From an uncultured virus (IMG/VR IMGVR_UViG_3300045902_000133) (Duplodnaviria > Heunggongvirae > Uroviricota > Caudoviricetes), in IMG/VR virus record IMGVR_UViG_3300045902_000133: 20,000 nt of DNA. The stretch is one strand, 5' to 3'. Shown one piece after another: positions 1-7,850 of this stretch (within the stretch, counting starts at the first letter, position 1; every line of letters starts with the position of its first letter). The position numbers and the translations under genes were made by a program. The notes under the pieces were generated by a model, which was not told the DNA's origin, ran no database searches, and saw only the letters and a list, made by a program, of their open reading frames with translations.

Positions 1-2
1 TT

Positions 3-827
3 GCGGCTGCCGCCGAGGCGCAGTTGCTTGAACAGATTCAAGCCGAACAAGACACCAACGAAACCGAAGCTGAGCGCGTCAAGCGTATCGCGGAACGTTT
101 TACTGTGATGTATAAGTTGACGCACGGTGCAATCGGCGGACATGTGCGCTCATTGATCGTGTCGGGTGCTGCGGGCACGGGCAAGTCCTATACGATCAAT
201 CATCTGCTTAGCACGGCACACGAGCGCAATCAAATCCGCTATGAACCCGTCACGGGTGCGAACGTTACGGGTATCAATCTGTATAAGTTGCTGTTTCGTA
301 TGCAGAACGAGCGGGATATTATCCTGATGGATGACTCGGACGAAATCTGGAACGACGAAGTTTCGTTGAACATGATGAAGGCAGCGCTGGATACTTCCCC
401 TGTGCGGCGTTTGTCGTGGTTCTCGGAATCGTCGGTGTTGAAGGCCGAGGATATTCCGCAGCAGTTTGAGTATAAGGGTTCGATGATCTTCATTACGAAC
501 AAGGACTTCCAGACGATCATCGATATCGGAAAGAGCAAGGTTGTTCCTCATTTTGCCGCGTTGATGAGTCGGTCCATTTATCTCGACTTGAAGTTGCATC
601 GTCCGAAGGATCTGCTTGCGTGGGTGTTGCACATGACGGCGAAGAATCACATCCTGGTGCAGAATGGATTGACGCACGCGGAAGAGAATATGGTGCTTGA
701 CTGGACCCGTGAACACTATACCGAGTTTCGAGAAATCTCCATCCGCACGTTGATGAAGATTGGCATGTTCGTGAAGACGAGTCCGAGCGATTGGGAAACG
801 TTTGCCAAGGTCACCATTCTGCGCTAA
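3..827 (+). CDS. AAA+/P-loop ATPase, phage type (5'-truncated by window edge)
   Basis: Frame is open from position 3; Walker A GAAGTGKS, Walker B IILMDDSD, downstream IFITN sensor-like motif and ALMSR. Confidence 0.85.
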   Translation, partial: AAAAEAQLLEQIQAEQDTNETEAERVKRIAERFTVMYKLTHGAIGGHVRSLIVSGAAGTGKSYTINHLLSTAHERNQIRYEPVTGANVTGINLYKLLFRMQNERDIILMDDSDEIWNDEVSLNMMKAALDTSPVRRLSWFSESSVLKAEDIPQQFEYKGSMIFITNKDFQTIIDIGKSKVVPHFAALMSRSIYLDLKLHRPKDLLAWVLHMTAKNHILVQNGLTHAEENMVLDWTREHYTEFREISIRTLMKIGMFVKTSPSDWETFAKVTILR

Positions 828-862
828 TCGGCGCACCATCATTCATCGAGGAGGAAAGAAAC

Positions 863-1144
863 GTGTTCAAGAACGAAATCGCCACGGTTGATCACATCGC
901 TGGTCTGACCAATGATCTTCACATCGCAACAGATTTTCTTTGGGACGACACCGAAGACATCGCGCAGGCGCTGCGCGACTTGGATTTCGAAGAGTTGACG
1001 GACGACGAAACCGATTCCATTTTCGATTCGATGGTCGATGCAGAGCGATGGGCGGCGCGTCATCTCAAGGAGTTTGATACGGTGCTTCGCAAGATCATCG
1101 CTGCACGTCGGAAGCTCGGTGATTTCCCCATTACCTCGGAGTAA
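863..1144 (+). CDS. hypothetical acidic phage protein (93 aa)
   Basis: GTG at 863 preceded by GAGGAGG; same frame as the 791..1144 track ORF. Confidence 0.75.
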   Translation: MFKNEIATVDHIAGLTNDLHIATDFLWDDTEDIAQALRDLDFEELTDDETDSIFDSMVDAERWAARHLKEFDTVLRKIIAARRKLGDFPITSE

Positions 1145-1150
1145 TCAAAG

Positions 1151-1525
1151 ATGACCGCAATCAGCAAGAACGTCGTGCGTGATCTTCGCCCCGTGATCGA
1201 GCGAGCGATCAACGATGTGCTCGTCAAGGCGGGTCTCAATGCTCGGGCCGAACTTGGCCGAATCACCTATGTGCCGGATCAGGAGTTTCGTTGTAAACTC
1301 ACTGTGAATCAGTTGCGGAAGAACGTGGTCAAGTCGCGCCCGAGGGTCGGCGAAAACTGGATCTTCAATGGCAAGCGGTATCATGTCGAGGCGGACAACG
1401 GTGCGACGTTCGTTGTGTCGCGCCCGAGTCGCTCTCGTCGCGCCCGCTTTGTGAGGGGTCGGGGTATGGTGGCCGATTACAAAGTTGCCGCCGATCTGCT
1501 TGAACGTTTGGGAGTGCCTGCCTAA
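1151..1525 (+). CDS. hypothetical basic protein (124 aa)
   Basis: Tightly packed after the previous ORF; TAATG stop/start overlap with the next ORF. Confidence 0.75.
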   Translation: MTAISKNVVRDLRPVIERAINDVLVKAGLNARAELGRITYVPDQEFRCKLTVNQLRKNVVKSRPRVGENWIFNGKRYHVEADNGATFVVSRPSRSRRARFVRGRGMVADYKVAADLLERLGVPA

Positions 1526-1713
1526 TGCCGCGCAAACTCCCGAAATCAGGCGTCGAACAGTTCGTGCGAGAGCTCGAACGACACGAAACGCTATGCCGAA
1601 TGATCGGAGCGGGCGAGGGCGATTATGGAAAGTTAAGCCGCGAAATCGGCACGGTGCGAAATAAACTAATCAAACTGTTCGAAGCAAGAAAAGCACACGA
1701 TGACAACATATAA
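1525..1713 (+). CDS. hypothetical protein (62 aa)
   Basis: TAATG translational coupling to the upstream gene. Confidence 0.65.
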   Translation: MPRKLPKSGVEQFVRELERHETLCRMIGAGEGDYGKLSREIGTVRNKLIKLFEARKAHDDNI

Positions 1714-1762
1714 ACCGTAAAGCGGTGATCCGACGACGTTACCAGTTTGTTACGGGCGGGTT

Positions 1763-1823
1763 TGTAACATCAATGTAACAACCGAGATCATCCCTTGTAT
1801 TCGGCGAGCGACTGTTATATTAT
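1763..1823 (+). promoter_or_regulatory. TGTAAC-N5-TGTAAC box plus sigma70-like promoter
   Basis: TGTAAC at 1763 and 1774; TTGTAT 1795-1800, 17 nt, TATTAT 1818-1823. Confidence 0.8.
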
Positions 1824-1828
1824 ACATT

Positions 1829-2059
1829 GTGAAAGCGATTCCAACCTCTATGGAGAACAGCACGATGGCAAAGCTGATCCGCAATCAAGCGTTTGACGTG
1901 TTCCGCACCGAACGTGATCTTTTCGGCGGTTCCTCGACGCGGTGCATCGACACCGTTTTCTATTCGGAACACCCGAAGATGACTGTCGAGGAAGTGCGGC
2001 GCTCGCTTATCGAGCACGACGGTTATCCCGCTGACATCGTCGTGCGGAGGGCGAAGTGA
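1829..2059 (+). CDS. hypothetical phage protein
   Basis: GTG 5 nt after the -10 box (alternative ATG at 1865 downstream of GGAG); C-terminal VRRSLIEHDGYP. Confidence 0.75.
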   Translation: MKAIPTSMENSTMAKLIRNQAFDVFRTERDLFGGSSTRCIDTVFYSEHPKMTVEEVRRSLIEHDGYPADIVVRRAK

Positions 2060-2280
2060 TGGCAAGGTTCAACCGAGTTCGAGCGGGGTCCGTTTATGTG
2101 TTCCGTCCTGTGATGATTGATGTGATCTATCCTCAGACGGACGCGGAACCTGGTCAGCGCGTGCGCGTCGTGAATCTTACTGGCGCACCTAAGTGCAATA
2201 CGGCGGGTCACTGCCATATTGAATCGTTGGACGGCGACTTTCTCGGTTTGGTCCACGTCAACAGTCTCACTAAGGAGTAA
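2059..2280 (+). CDS. hypothetical protein (73 aa)
   Basis: TGATG overlap with the upstream stop. Confidence 0.7.
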   Translation: MARFNRVRAGSVYVFRPVMIDVIYPQTDAEPGQRVRVVNLTGAPKCNTAGHCHIESLDGDFLGLVHVNSLTKE

Positions 2281-2284
2281 CATC

Positions 2285-2515
2285 GTGTCCGTTCAATCCG
2301 AAATCGACCGTCATCTCATCGACGCTGATCTCATTCGCCTTCGCAAGCTGATGGAATCGCATGACTGGTATTATGACTTCAGCGACGATTATAGCGTATG
2401 GTCGAGGGGTCACCAACAGTATAACGCCATTCGCCGACTGGCGGAGTCGCTGGATCAGCGTGGCGTCAGCGATGAAGTTGACGAGCTGTTCAAGCGATAT
2501 CGTCCCCAACCATAA
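2285..2515 (+). CDS. hypothetical phage protein with HDWYYxxSDD motif
   Basis: GTG at 2285 after AAGGAG; motif recognised from small phage proteins. Confidence 0.75.
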   Translation: MSVQSEIDRHLIDADLIRLRKLMESHDWYYDFSDDYSVWSRGHQQYNAIRRLAESLDQRGVSDEVDELFKRYRPQP

Positions 2516-2527
2516 TCGGTAAAAGGG

Positions 2528-2615
2528 TGTCACAAATGTGATATCCGACCGACGTGTCACATCAATGTAACAACCGAGGTCATCCCTTGTATTCGGCGAG
2601 GGAATGTTGTATTAT
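2528..2615 (+). promoter_or_regulatory. palindrome + direct-repeat box + promoter
   Basis: TGTCACA-AA-TGTGATA 2528-2543; TGTCAC-N5-TGTAAC 2555-2571; TTGTAT 2587-2592, 17 nt, TATTAT 2610-2615. Confidence 0.8.
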
Positions 2616-2636
2616 ACATGGTAACAAAAAATCCAA

Positions 2637-2720
2637 TGTAGGCGGGGCTGCATACAAGCGCCCGATAGTCGCGTTGTCCTTGACGCCGCGCCTACACCGG
2701 ATTATTATTCTGGTGTGGGC
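2637..2720 (+). promoter_or_regulatory. structured 5' leader with mutually exclusive pairings; contains copy 1 of a 40-bp repeat (2681-2720)
   Basis: TGTAGGCG 2637-2644 pairs with CGCCTACA 2689-2696, which overlaps the hairpin 2690-2700/2710-2720. Confidence 0.5.
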
Positions 2721-2754
2721 CTCGATGTTTCACCTTTCTTTCGACGGAGCTAGA

Positions 2755-3009
2755 ATGAACATTCAGACTGCACGGTTCGTCCATCTCAGCGAGATTGTTG
2801 GGGACAAGCTCCATCTCTTTGAGCTTTTGGCTGAATCTTCGGACATGACGTGGGGAGACGCTAACCGCACCCTGATGGACGTTTCACGAGTACGAGGTGA
2901 ACTGGTGGAGATGAACGACAACCGGGAAGACGACGCCGAAGATATTTCGGACGTGTTGGCTCGCATCGACGCTATCCCTCAGGGGGTGTATATCGATATG
3001 GAGAACTGA
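2755..3009 (+). CDS. hypothetical protein, TWGDxNR family (paralog of 11770..12075)
   Basis: ATG at 2755 after GGAG; TWGDANR motif and C-terminal VYIDMEN. Confidence 0.8.
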   Translation: MNIQTARFVHLSEIVGDKLHLFELLAESSDMTWGDANRTLMDVSRVRGELVEMNDNREDDAEDISDVLARIDAIPQGVYIDMEN

Positions 3010-3036
3010 CCTTTTTCTGGTTATTCCCATTCCCCC

Positions 3037-3076
3037 TGACGCCGCGCCTACACCGGATTATTATTCTGGTGTGGGC
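3037..3076 (+). repeat. copy 2 of 40-bp hairpin repeat, probable terminator
   Basis: Identical to 2681-2720 (TGACGCCGCGCCTACACCGGATTATTATTCTGGTGTGGGC); followed by a T-rich tract. Confidence 0.85.
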
Positions 3077-3101
3077 ATGGTTTTCTTCTCTCTATTAAGG
3101 A

Positions 3102-3190
3102 TGTCACAAATGTGACACTCGACCGGTGTGTAACGGAATCGTAACAACTGGTTTCCTCTACTGGATTTTGCTTCATATATGGTATATGTT
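3102..3190 (+). promoter_or_regulatory. palindrome + direct-repeat box + promoter
   Basis: TGTCACA-AA-TGTGACA 3102-3117; TGTAAC-N5-CGTAAC 3129-3145; TGGATT 3162-3167, 17 nt, TATGTT 3185-3190. Confidence 0.65.
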
Positions 3191-3196
3191 TACACT

Positions 3197-3826
3197 ATGA
3201 AAAATACTCCTCGCCTCCGCATGCCCAACGGTATGGACCTCAGTAAGTCGATGTCCCGTCCCGACTCCCGCGCCAACAAGGTGTTGGCATATCTTCGCAC
3301 CCACCCGCACGCGACGAAGGCAGATATTTTGCGTGATGTTTTCGGTCGCACCATCGTGAAAGAACTTGTGTATGGTCCCAATCGTGGGAACACGGTCACC
3401 CGAGGTTGGGGCGCATACTTGTTCGGTTTGCTTCAGTCGCACGGATACATTCGTAAGACCCGAAAGGGTAATACCGTGACTTACGCGGTGATATCGTCTC
3501 CGTGTAAGTCCGACCTACACGGAGATGGGACGACCACAGTCTTCAAAGAAGGCACGAAAGTTTGGCCCGTTCATGCTCGTTCGAAAAATCCCGTAGTAGA
3601 TTCCGTGTGGTGGCAGTCGGCGACCATATGGTGCGCGAAGTCGGTGAAGTTGAATCGTGCGATTACCATTGAGGAACCGCCAGTGGACGTGCCCGCCGAT
3701 CCGAAGTTCTCGCGTTTTCTGGAAATGAACGCGAGAGGCGCGCGGTATGCAATCTACCTGTTCTCAAATCCCGTTCCACGAAAAAAGCATTTTGTGATCG
3801 GATTTGTGGCATCCGCTTCGATCTGA
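3197..3826 (+). CDS. putative winged-helix DNA-binding protein with extra C-terminal domain
   Basis: ATG 6 nt after the -10 box; KVLAYLRTHPHATKADIL...LLQSHGYIRKTRKGNTVTY has a wHTH-like pattern. Confidence 0.55.
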   Translation: MKNTPRLRMPNGMDLSKSMSRPDSRANKVLAYLRTHPHATKADILRDVFGRTIVKELVYGPNRGNTVTRGWGAYLFGLLQSHGYIRKTRKGNTVTYAVISSPCKSDLHGDGTTTVFKEGTKVWPVHARSKNPVVDSVWWQSATIWCAKSVKLNRAITIEEPPVDVPADPKFSRFLEMNARGARYAIYLFSNPVPRKKHFVIGFVASASI

Positions 3827-3843
3827 TAAATGGATTGTGGTAA

Positions 3844-3930
3844 TGTCACAAATGTAATGTCCGGCCGATGTGTAACGGAATTGTAACAACCGCCTAGGGG
3901 GCTTGTTATTCTGTCGGGAAGTGTTATTAT
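3844..3930 (+). promoter_or_regulatory. degenerate palindrome + direct-repeat box + extended -10 promoter
   Basis: TGTCACAAATGT at 3844; TGTAAC at 3871 and 3882; TTGTTA 3903-3908, 16 nt, TGn-TATTAT 3925-3930. Confidence 0.8.
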
Positions 3931-3936
3931 TATTGT

Positions 3937-4695
3937 ATGACCAACACGATCAAGCTTCTCACGACGGGCAACCCCAAGGTTGCCAAGGGCCAGTCTCAGG
4001 GTTACCTGACTAACATTCTCCACCTGGCCCCGAGCCGTATGTCGGGATACAATACGTGCCCGATGGCGACGAAGGGTTGCGCCGCTGCGTGCCTCAATAC
4101 GGCGGGGCGTGGCGGACTGTTCGCTGGTCACGCGACGGGCGTTCTGTCAGGTGCCGACCTGGTACAGGCCATTATGGACGGTCGGATCACGAATAAGATT
4201 CAACTTGCCCGCATCGCCCGCACCCGATTTTTCTTCGAGAATCGTGCGGCGTTTATGGCGCAACTGGTGAAGGAAGTCAAGGCGGCGATCAAGCGTGCCG
4301 CGAAGTATAACCTGACTCCCGTGTTTCGTCTGAACGGCACGAGCGACATTCGTTGGGAAACGGTGAAGGTTGACGGTTTCGACAACATTATGGCGATGTT
4401 TCCGAATGTGCAGTTTTACGATTATACGAAAATCGCCAACCGTCGCGATCTGCCCGCTAACTACCACCTGACGTTCTCGCTGGCCGAGAGCAATCTTGCC
4501 GACGCCGAGCGGGCGCTCGCCAACGGTATGAACGTTGCTGCGGTGTTCCGCACGGTGCCCAAGGTGTTCCTTAGTGTGCCCGTGATCGACGGCGACGCAA
4601 CGGACCTGCGGTTCCTGGACCCGAAGGGTGTCATTGTCGGTCTGAAGGCGAAGGGCAAGGCGAAAAAGGACGATAGCGGTTTCGTTCAGAACTAA
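3937..4695 (+). CDS. gp88-like phage protein with Cys cluster (possible Fe-S enzyme)
   Basis: CPMATKGCAAACL, FRLNGTSDIRWE, QFYDYTK, NYHLTFS and VIDGDATDLRFLDP motifs typical of the GP88 family. Confidence 0.8.
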   Translation: MTNTIKLLTTGNPKVAKGQSQGYLTNILHLAPSRMSGYNTCPMATKGCAAACLNTAGRGGLFAGHATGVLSGADLVQAIMDGRITNKIQLARIARTRFFFENRAAFMAQLVKEVKAAIKRAAKYNLTPVFRLNGTSDIRWETVKVDGFDNIMAMFPNVQFYDYTKIANRRDLPANYHLTFSLAESNLADAERALANGMNVAAVFRTVPKVFLSVPVIDGDATDLRFLDPKGVIVGLKAKGKAKKDDSGFVQN

Positions 4696-4708
4696 ACAAG
4701 GGGCCACC

Positions 4709-5008
4709 ATGAATAACTTTCGTGTGAAGGTTGGAAGTAGCAGGAGCGTTGCCGTTCCCCCGCGTGATGCGGTGCGCCTCGGCAACGATGTCGTGTTGGA
4801 TATGGCTAACTGTCTCATCGACAATATCGAGCGAGATCGCAACAATCTCGTGCGCGAACTCAGTGACCCCGATGATGTTCGGCAGTACTTCGTGTGCTCT
4901 GGTGATGTGATGGTCAAAGCGCTCGTGAGTCGCGGCGACAACGATTCGGATTTGCAAATTGAATTGTATATTTGCCAAATTGAGCGCTATGCGCGTTTCG
5001 CAATCTAA
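4709..5008 (+). CDS. hypothetical protein (99 aa)
   Basis: ATG after AAGGG; operon packing. Confidence 0.65.
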   Translation: MNNFRVKVGSSRSVAVPPRDAVRLGNDVVLDMANCLIDNIERDRNNLVRELSDPDDVRQYFVCSGDVMVKALVSRGDNDSDLQIELYICQIERYARFAI

Positions 5009-5041
5009 TCAACCCAACCCCACTCAACAGGAGAAAACCAT

Positions 5042-5311
5042 ATGTTCAAGCGTGCTCAGGTTCTTCGCGTCACCCGTGCCGTTTCTACCGTTAGCGGCGA
5101 ACTGGTTCCCGCTGGTACTCGCGTTGTGATTCTCAAGCAGGAGGAAAACGGATCGTGGCGCTGCAAGGTGCAGGATGCGTCGCTTGAGACGTTGCGAGGC
5201 GCACGAGTCGTGGTCGGTGCCTCTCGTCTTGAGCAGACGTTCCGTGGTCGCCCGAAGGGTAGCACCAAGGCGGCGTCACAGCCCCAGGCCCCGCAGCCGC
5301 AGGAATCGTAA
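5042..5311 (+). CDS. hypothetical protein with AT-hook-like RGRPKGS
   Basis: ATG after AGGAG; RGRP motif near the C-terminus. Confidence 0.7.
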   Translation: MFKRAQVLRVTRAVSTVSGELVPAGTRVVILKQEENGSWRCKVQDASLETLRGARVVVGASRLEQTFRGRPKGSTKAASQPQAPQPQES

Positions 5312-5326
5312 TTGTAAATCGGCAAA

Positions 5327-5439
5327 ATCGGCCCCACTAGATTTTCTAGTGGGGTCGAGGCGGTGTGTAACGACCGTGTAACAGACGGTTTTGACCCCTT
5401 CCATTCTGTCGAGAATGGGGGTATGTTCATACCATACGA
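5327..5439 (+). repeat. ~113-bp regulatory cassette copy 1 (hairpin + TGTAAC box + promoter) upstream of rIIA
   Basis: Hairpin 5328-5358; TGTAAC at 5366 and 5377; TTCCAT 5399-5404, 17 nt, TATGTT 5422-5427; near-identical to 7629-7741. Confidence 0.9.
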
Positions 5440-5467
5440 AACGAACCCAACCCGAAACGGATTCGAC

Positions 5468-7618
5468 ATGCAGATTATCACCGAAAAGCGAAATGCCACC
5501 GTGGCTGGCATGAAGGCGCAGCGCGAGTTTACCGTCAAGGTCGGTGCGCACATTATGTCCGTGCTCAGCGGCCTTTACAAGAACCCCGTCGATGCTATGG
5601 TTCGTGAATACACCACGAACATGTACGATGCGTGGCTCGCACTCAAGCGCAAGAACCCGAACGCAACCTATACGCCGTGCGAACTTCACCTGCCCACGGC
5701 GTTGTCGCCGTTCCTTGTGTTCAAGGATTACGGCGTCGGCATGAGCTTCGAGACTGTTTGGGAAGTGTATTCCCAGTATGGTAACTCCACGAAGAACGAC
5801 AACAACGACGAAGTCGGTGGCTTCGGCCTCGGCAGCAAGACGGCGTTCTGCTACAACAACGGTCAGCAGTGGACGATTGAAAGCCGCTACAATGGCGAGC
5901 TGATGACGTTCATGGCGTTTGTTGGCGAAGACGGCATTCCGAACATCACGCACGTAACGACCGTGCCGACGAGGGAAGCGAACGGCGTCACGATTCGCAT
6001 TCCGATCCGTCGTGAGCACGTGCAGGACGTTCACGTGGCAGCCCGTAAGTATGTGCCATACTTCCCGATGGACATCGTTGTGCTCAATGCCGATGAGCCG
6101 ATCACGAAGCCGACGTATATCATTTCCGGCAACGGATATGGTATCGATATCAGCGGATCGCATGACTGGCGACGGTGGGGGCGCACCCGTATCATTATGG
6201 GCAATGTGCCCTACGATGTTGACGTACAGCAGTGTGATCTCAGCGGATGGAATCTGCTACAGAACAACGTTGATCTGTATGTGCCGATTGGCACCGTGGA
6301 CATTGTGCCGTCACGTGATGACCTGAAGTATACGGATCGCACGATTGCCTCCGTGAAGGCCGCGTTCGACGCAATGGTGCGTGATCTCGGCGCGGTAGTG
6401 TCTCGCACGATTGATAACGCGCCGACGGAGTGGGCAGCGCACGCGCAGTTTCAGAATATGAACACGCTGCGAGGGCTTCGTGATGTTGTGAAGTCGGTCT
6501 GGTATCGTGGTAAAGAGATTGATACGACGCGCGGCGTCGTGCGCACGGCCGAAGAACTTCTGGCGCTCGACGATACGGCGGAGATCAGTTGCTACGGTGT
6601 CAGCAGCACGGTTCACGGAACGCCAGAAGAGCAGTCCGGCGCAACGATGCGACTGGCTCCGAACCAGCATACGTACCTGATGATTGATGACCTGACGAAG
6701 GGTGCCGCCCGCGTCGCAAAGGGATACTGCTACACGCACCTTGTGAATCGCACCCCGCGAGCGGGGCGGACGCTCAAGTATGGGCATACCATCGGTCACG
6801 TTGTTCTTGTGAAGACGAAGTTGACGAAGCAGCAGCTCAGTGATTTCTTCGGCGGGTTCCCTGTGAACGACATTCTGTTGGCTTCGCAGGTGAGCGGCAA
6901 GGTGAAGCTGCCTGCTGGTCAGAAGGGTAACGACGCACTCTATCGTTTCGACGGTGGTAAGACATGGGGTGCTCGTGTGAACGTGCCGACTGGTGGACCG
7001 TTCTACTACCTCGAGCTGCATCAGGATGTCCACAGCAAGCGTTGGGTGCCTGCATCGTTCGACGCTTCGGACGTTCGTGAACTGCTCACCATTGCCCGTG
7101 ATCTCAAGATTGAAGTCAAGCAGTTGTATGGTATCAAGCACAACGAAGTATCAACGTTTGACGCTTCGGAGTGGAAGCCGCTCATTCCGACGCTGAAGGA
7201 CGCCGCGCAGAAGTTGATTGATGCCGACCCGGCCGCTGCCGTGCGGTTCCAGCGTGAGATCACGCGGCCAATGGTGATGATGCGCAAGATTATCGACGCG
7301 GTTGGCATCCTCGCCGATTTCGCGGATTTCCACGCCGAACTCGCCCAGGTCAACAAGGTGAAGATGAACGAGAACCTTTTGATCGCACAGAAGATTTCTT
7401 CATCTTCGCGTCGTCTGGGCCTCAACGTGGAATGGCCGACCGTTGATAACAACATCGTGCCGTCATTGCAGACGATGTTGGACAAGATCATTGCCAAGTA
7501 TCCGATGATCGGCGTGATGATCGGCATTGCACCTGCGTCAGGTTTCGGCTACGGTGGAACGCAAAACCCGTTTTACCAGTATAAGGATCAGATTACCGAT
7601 TACATCACTAATCGGTAA
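5468..7618 (+). CDS. rIIA: RIIA-like protein (N-terminal GHKL ATPase domain)
   Basis: LSGLYKNP, VREYTTNMYDA, DYGVGMS, GGFGLGSKT, MGNVPY and PSRDDL motifs; lies upstream of rIIB. Start moved to ATG 5468 because the 5363 start lies inside the promoter cassette. Confidence 0.9.
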   Translation: MQIITEKRNATVAGMKAQREFTVKVGAHIMSVLSGLYKNPVDAMVREYTTNMYDAWLALKRKNPNATYTPCELHLPTALSPFLVFKDYGVGMSFETVWEVYSQYGNSTKNDNNDEVGGFGLGSKTAFCYNNGQQWTIESRYNGELMTFMAFVGEDGIPNITHVTTVPTREANGVTIRIPIRREHVQDVHVAARKYVPYFPMDIVVLNADEPITKPTYIISGNGYGIDISGSHDWRRWGRTRIIMGNVPYDVDVQQCDLSGWNLLQNNVDLYVPIGTVDIVPSRDDLKYTDRTIASVKAAFDAMVRDLGAVVSRTIDNAPTEWAAHAQFQNMNTLRGLRDVVKSVWYRGKEIDTTRGVVRTAEELLALDDTAEISCYGVSSTVHGTPEEQSGATMRLAPNQHTYLMIDDLTKGAARVAKGYCYTHLVNRTPRAGRTLKYGHTIGHVVLVKTKLTKQQLSDFFGGFPVNDILLASQVSGKVKLPAGQKGNDALYRFDGGKTWGARVNVPTGGPFYYLELHQDVHSKRWVPASFDASDVRELLTIARDLKIEVKQLYGIKHNEVSTFDASEWKPLIPTLKDAAQKLIDADPAAAVRFQREITRPMVMMRKIIDAVGILADFADFHAELAQVNKVKMNENLLIAQKISSSSRRLGLNVEWPTVDNNIVPSLQTMLDKIIAKYPMIGVMIGIAPASGFGYGGTQNPFYQYKDQITDYITNR

Positions 7619-7628
7619 ACTGTAAATC

Positions 7629-7741
7629 ATCGGCCCCACTAGATTTTTCGGTGGGGCCGATGGCGGCGTGTAACGACCGTGTAACAGACGGTTTTGACCC
7701 CTTCCATTCTGCCGAGAATGGGGTATGTTCATACTATACGA
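7629..7741 (+). repeat. ~113-bp regulatory cassette copy 2 between rIIA and rIIB
   Basis: Near-identical to 5327-5439; TGTAAC at 7669 and 7680; TTCCAT, 16 nt, TATGTT. Confidence 0.9.
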
Positions 7742-7773
7742 CCAGAAGGCGTCTTTTGATTGGATCAGAGGGC

Positions 7774-7802
7774 TTGACGAAAAAGTTGTTATTGTGTAGA
7801 TT
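7774..7802 (+). promoter_or_regulatory. second sigma70-like promoter for rIIB
   Basis: TTGACG 7774-7779, 17 nt, TAGATT 7797-7802. Confidence 0.65.
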
Positions 7803-7850
7803 TAGAAAGTAACCCAACCCGAACGGAAACCCCAAAAGAGGATACTCAAG

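Noticed and set aside
5363..5467. Track starts beginning MCN.../MSHQCN... (5363, 13511, 2554)
   Set aside because: These extensions are translations of the promoter cassette; downstream starts were used instead.
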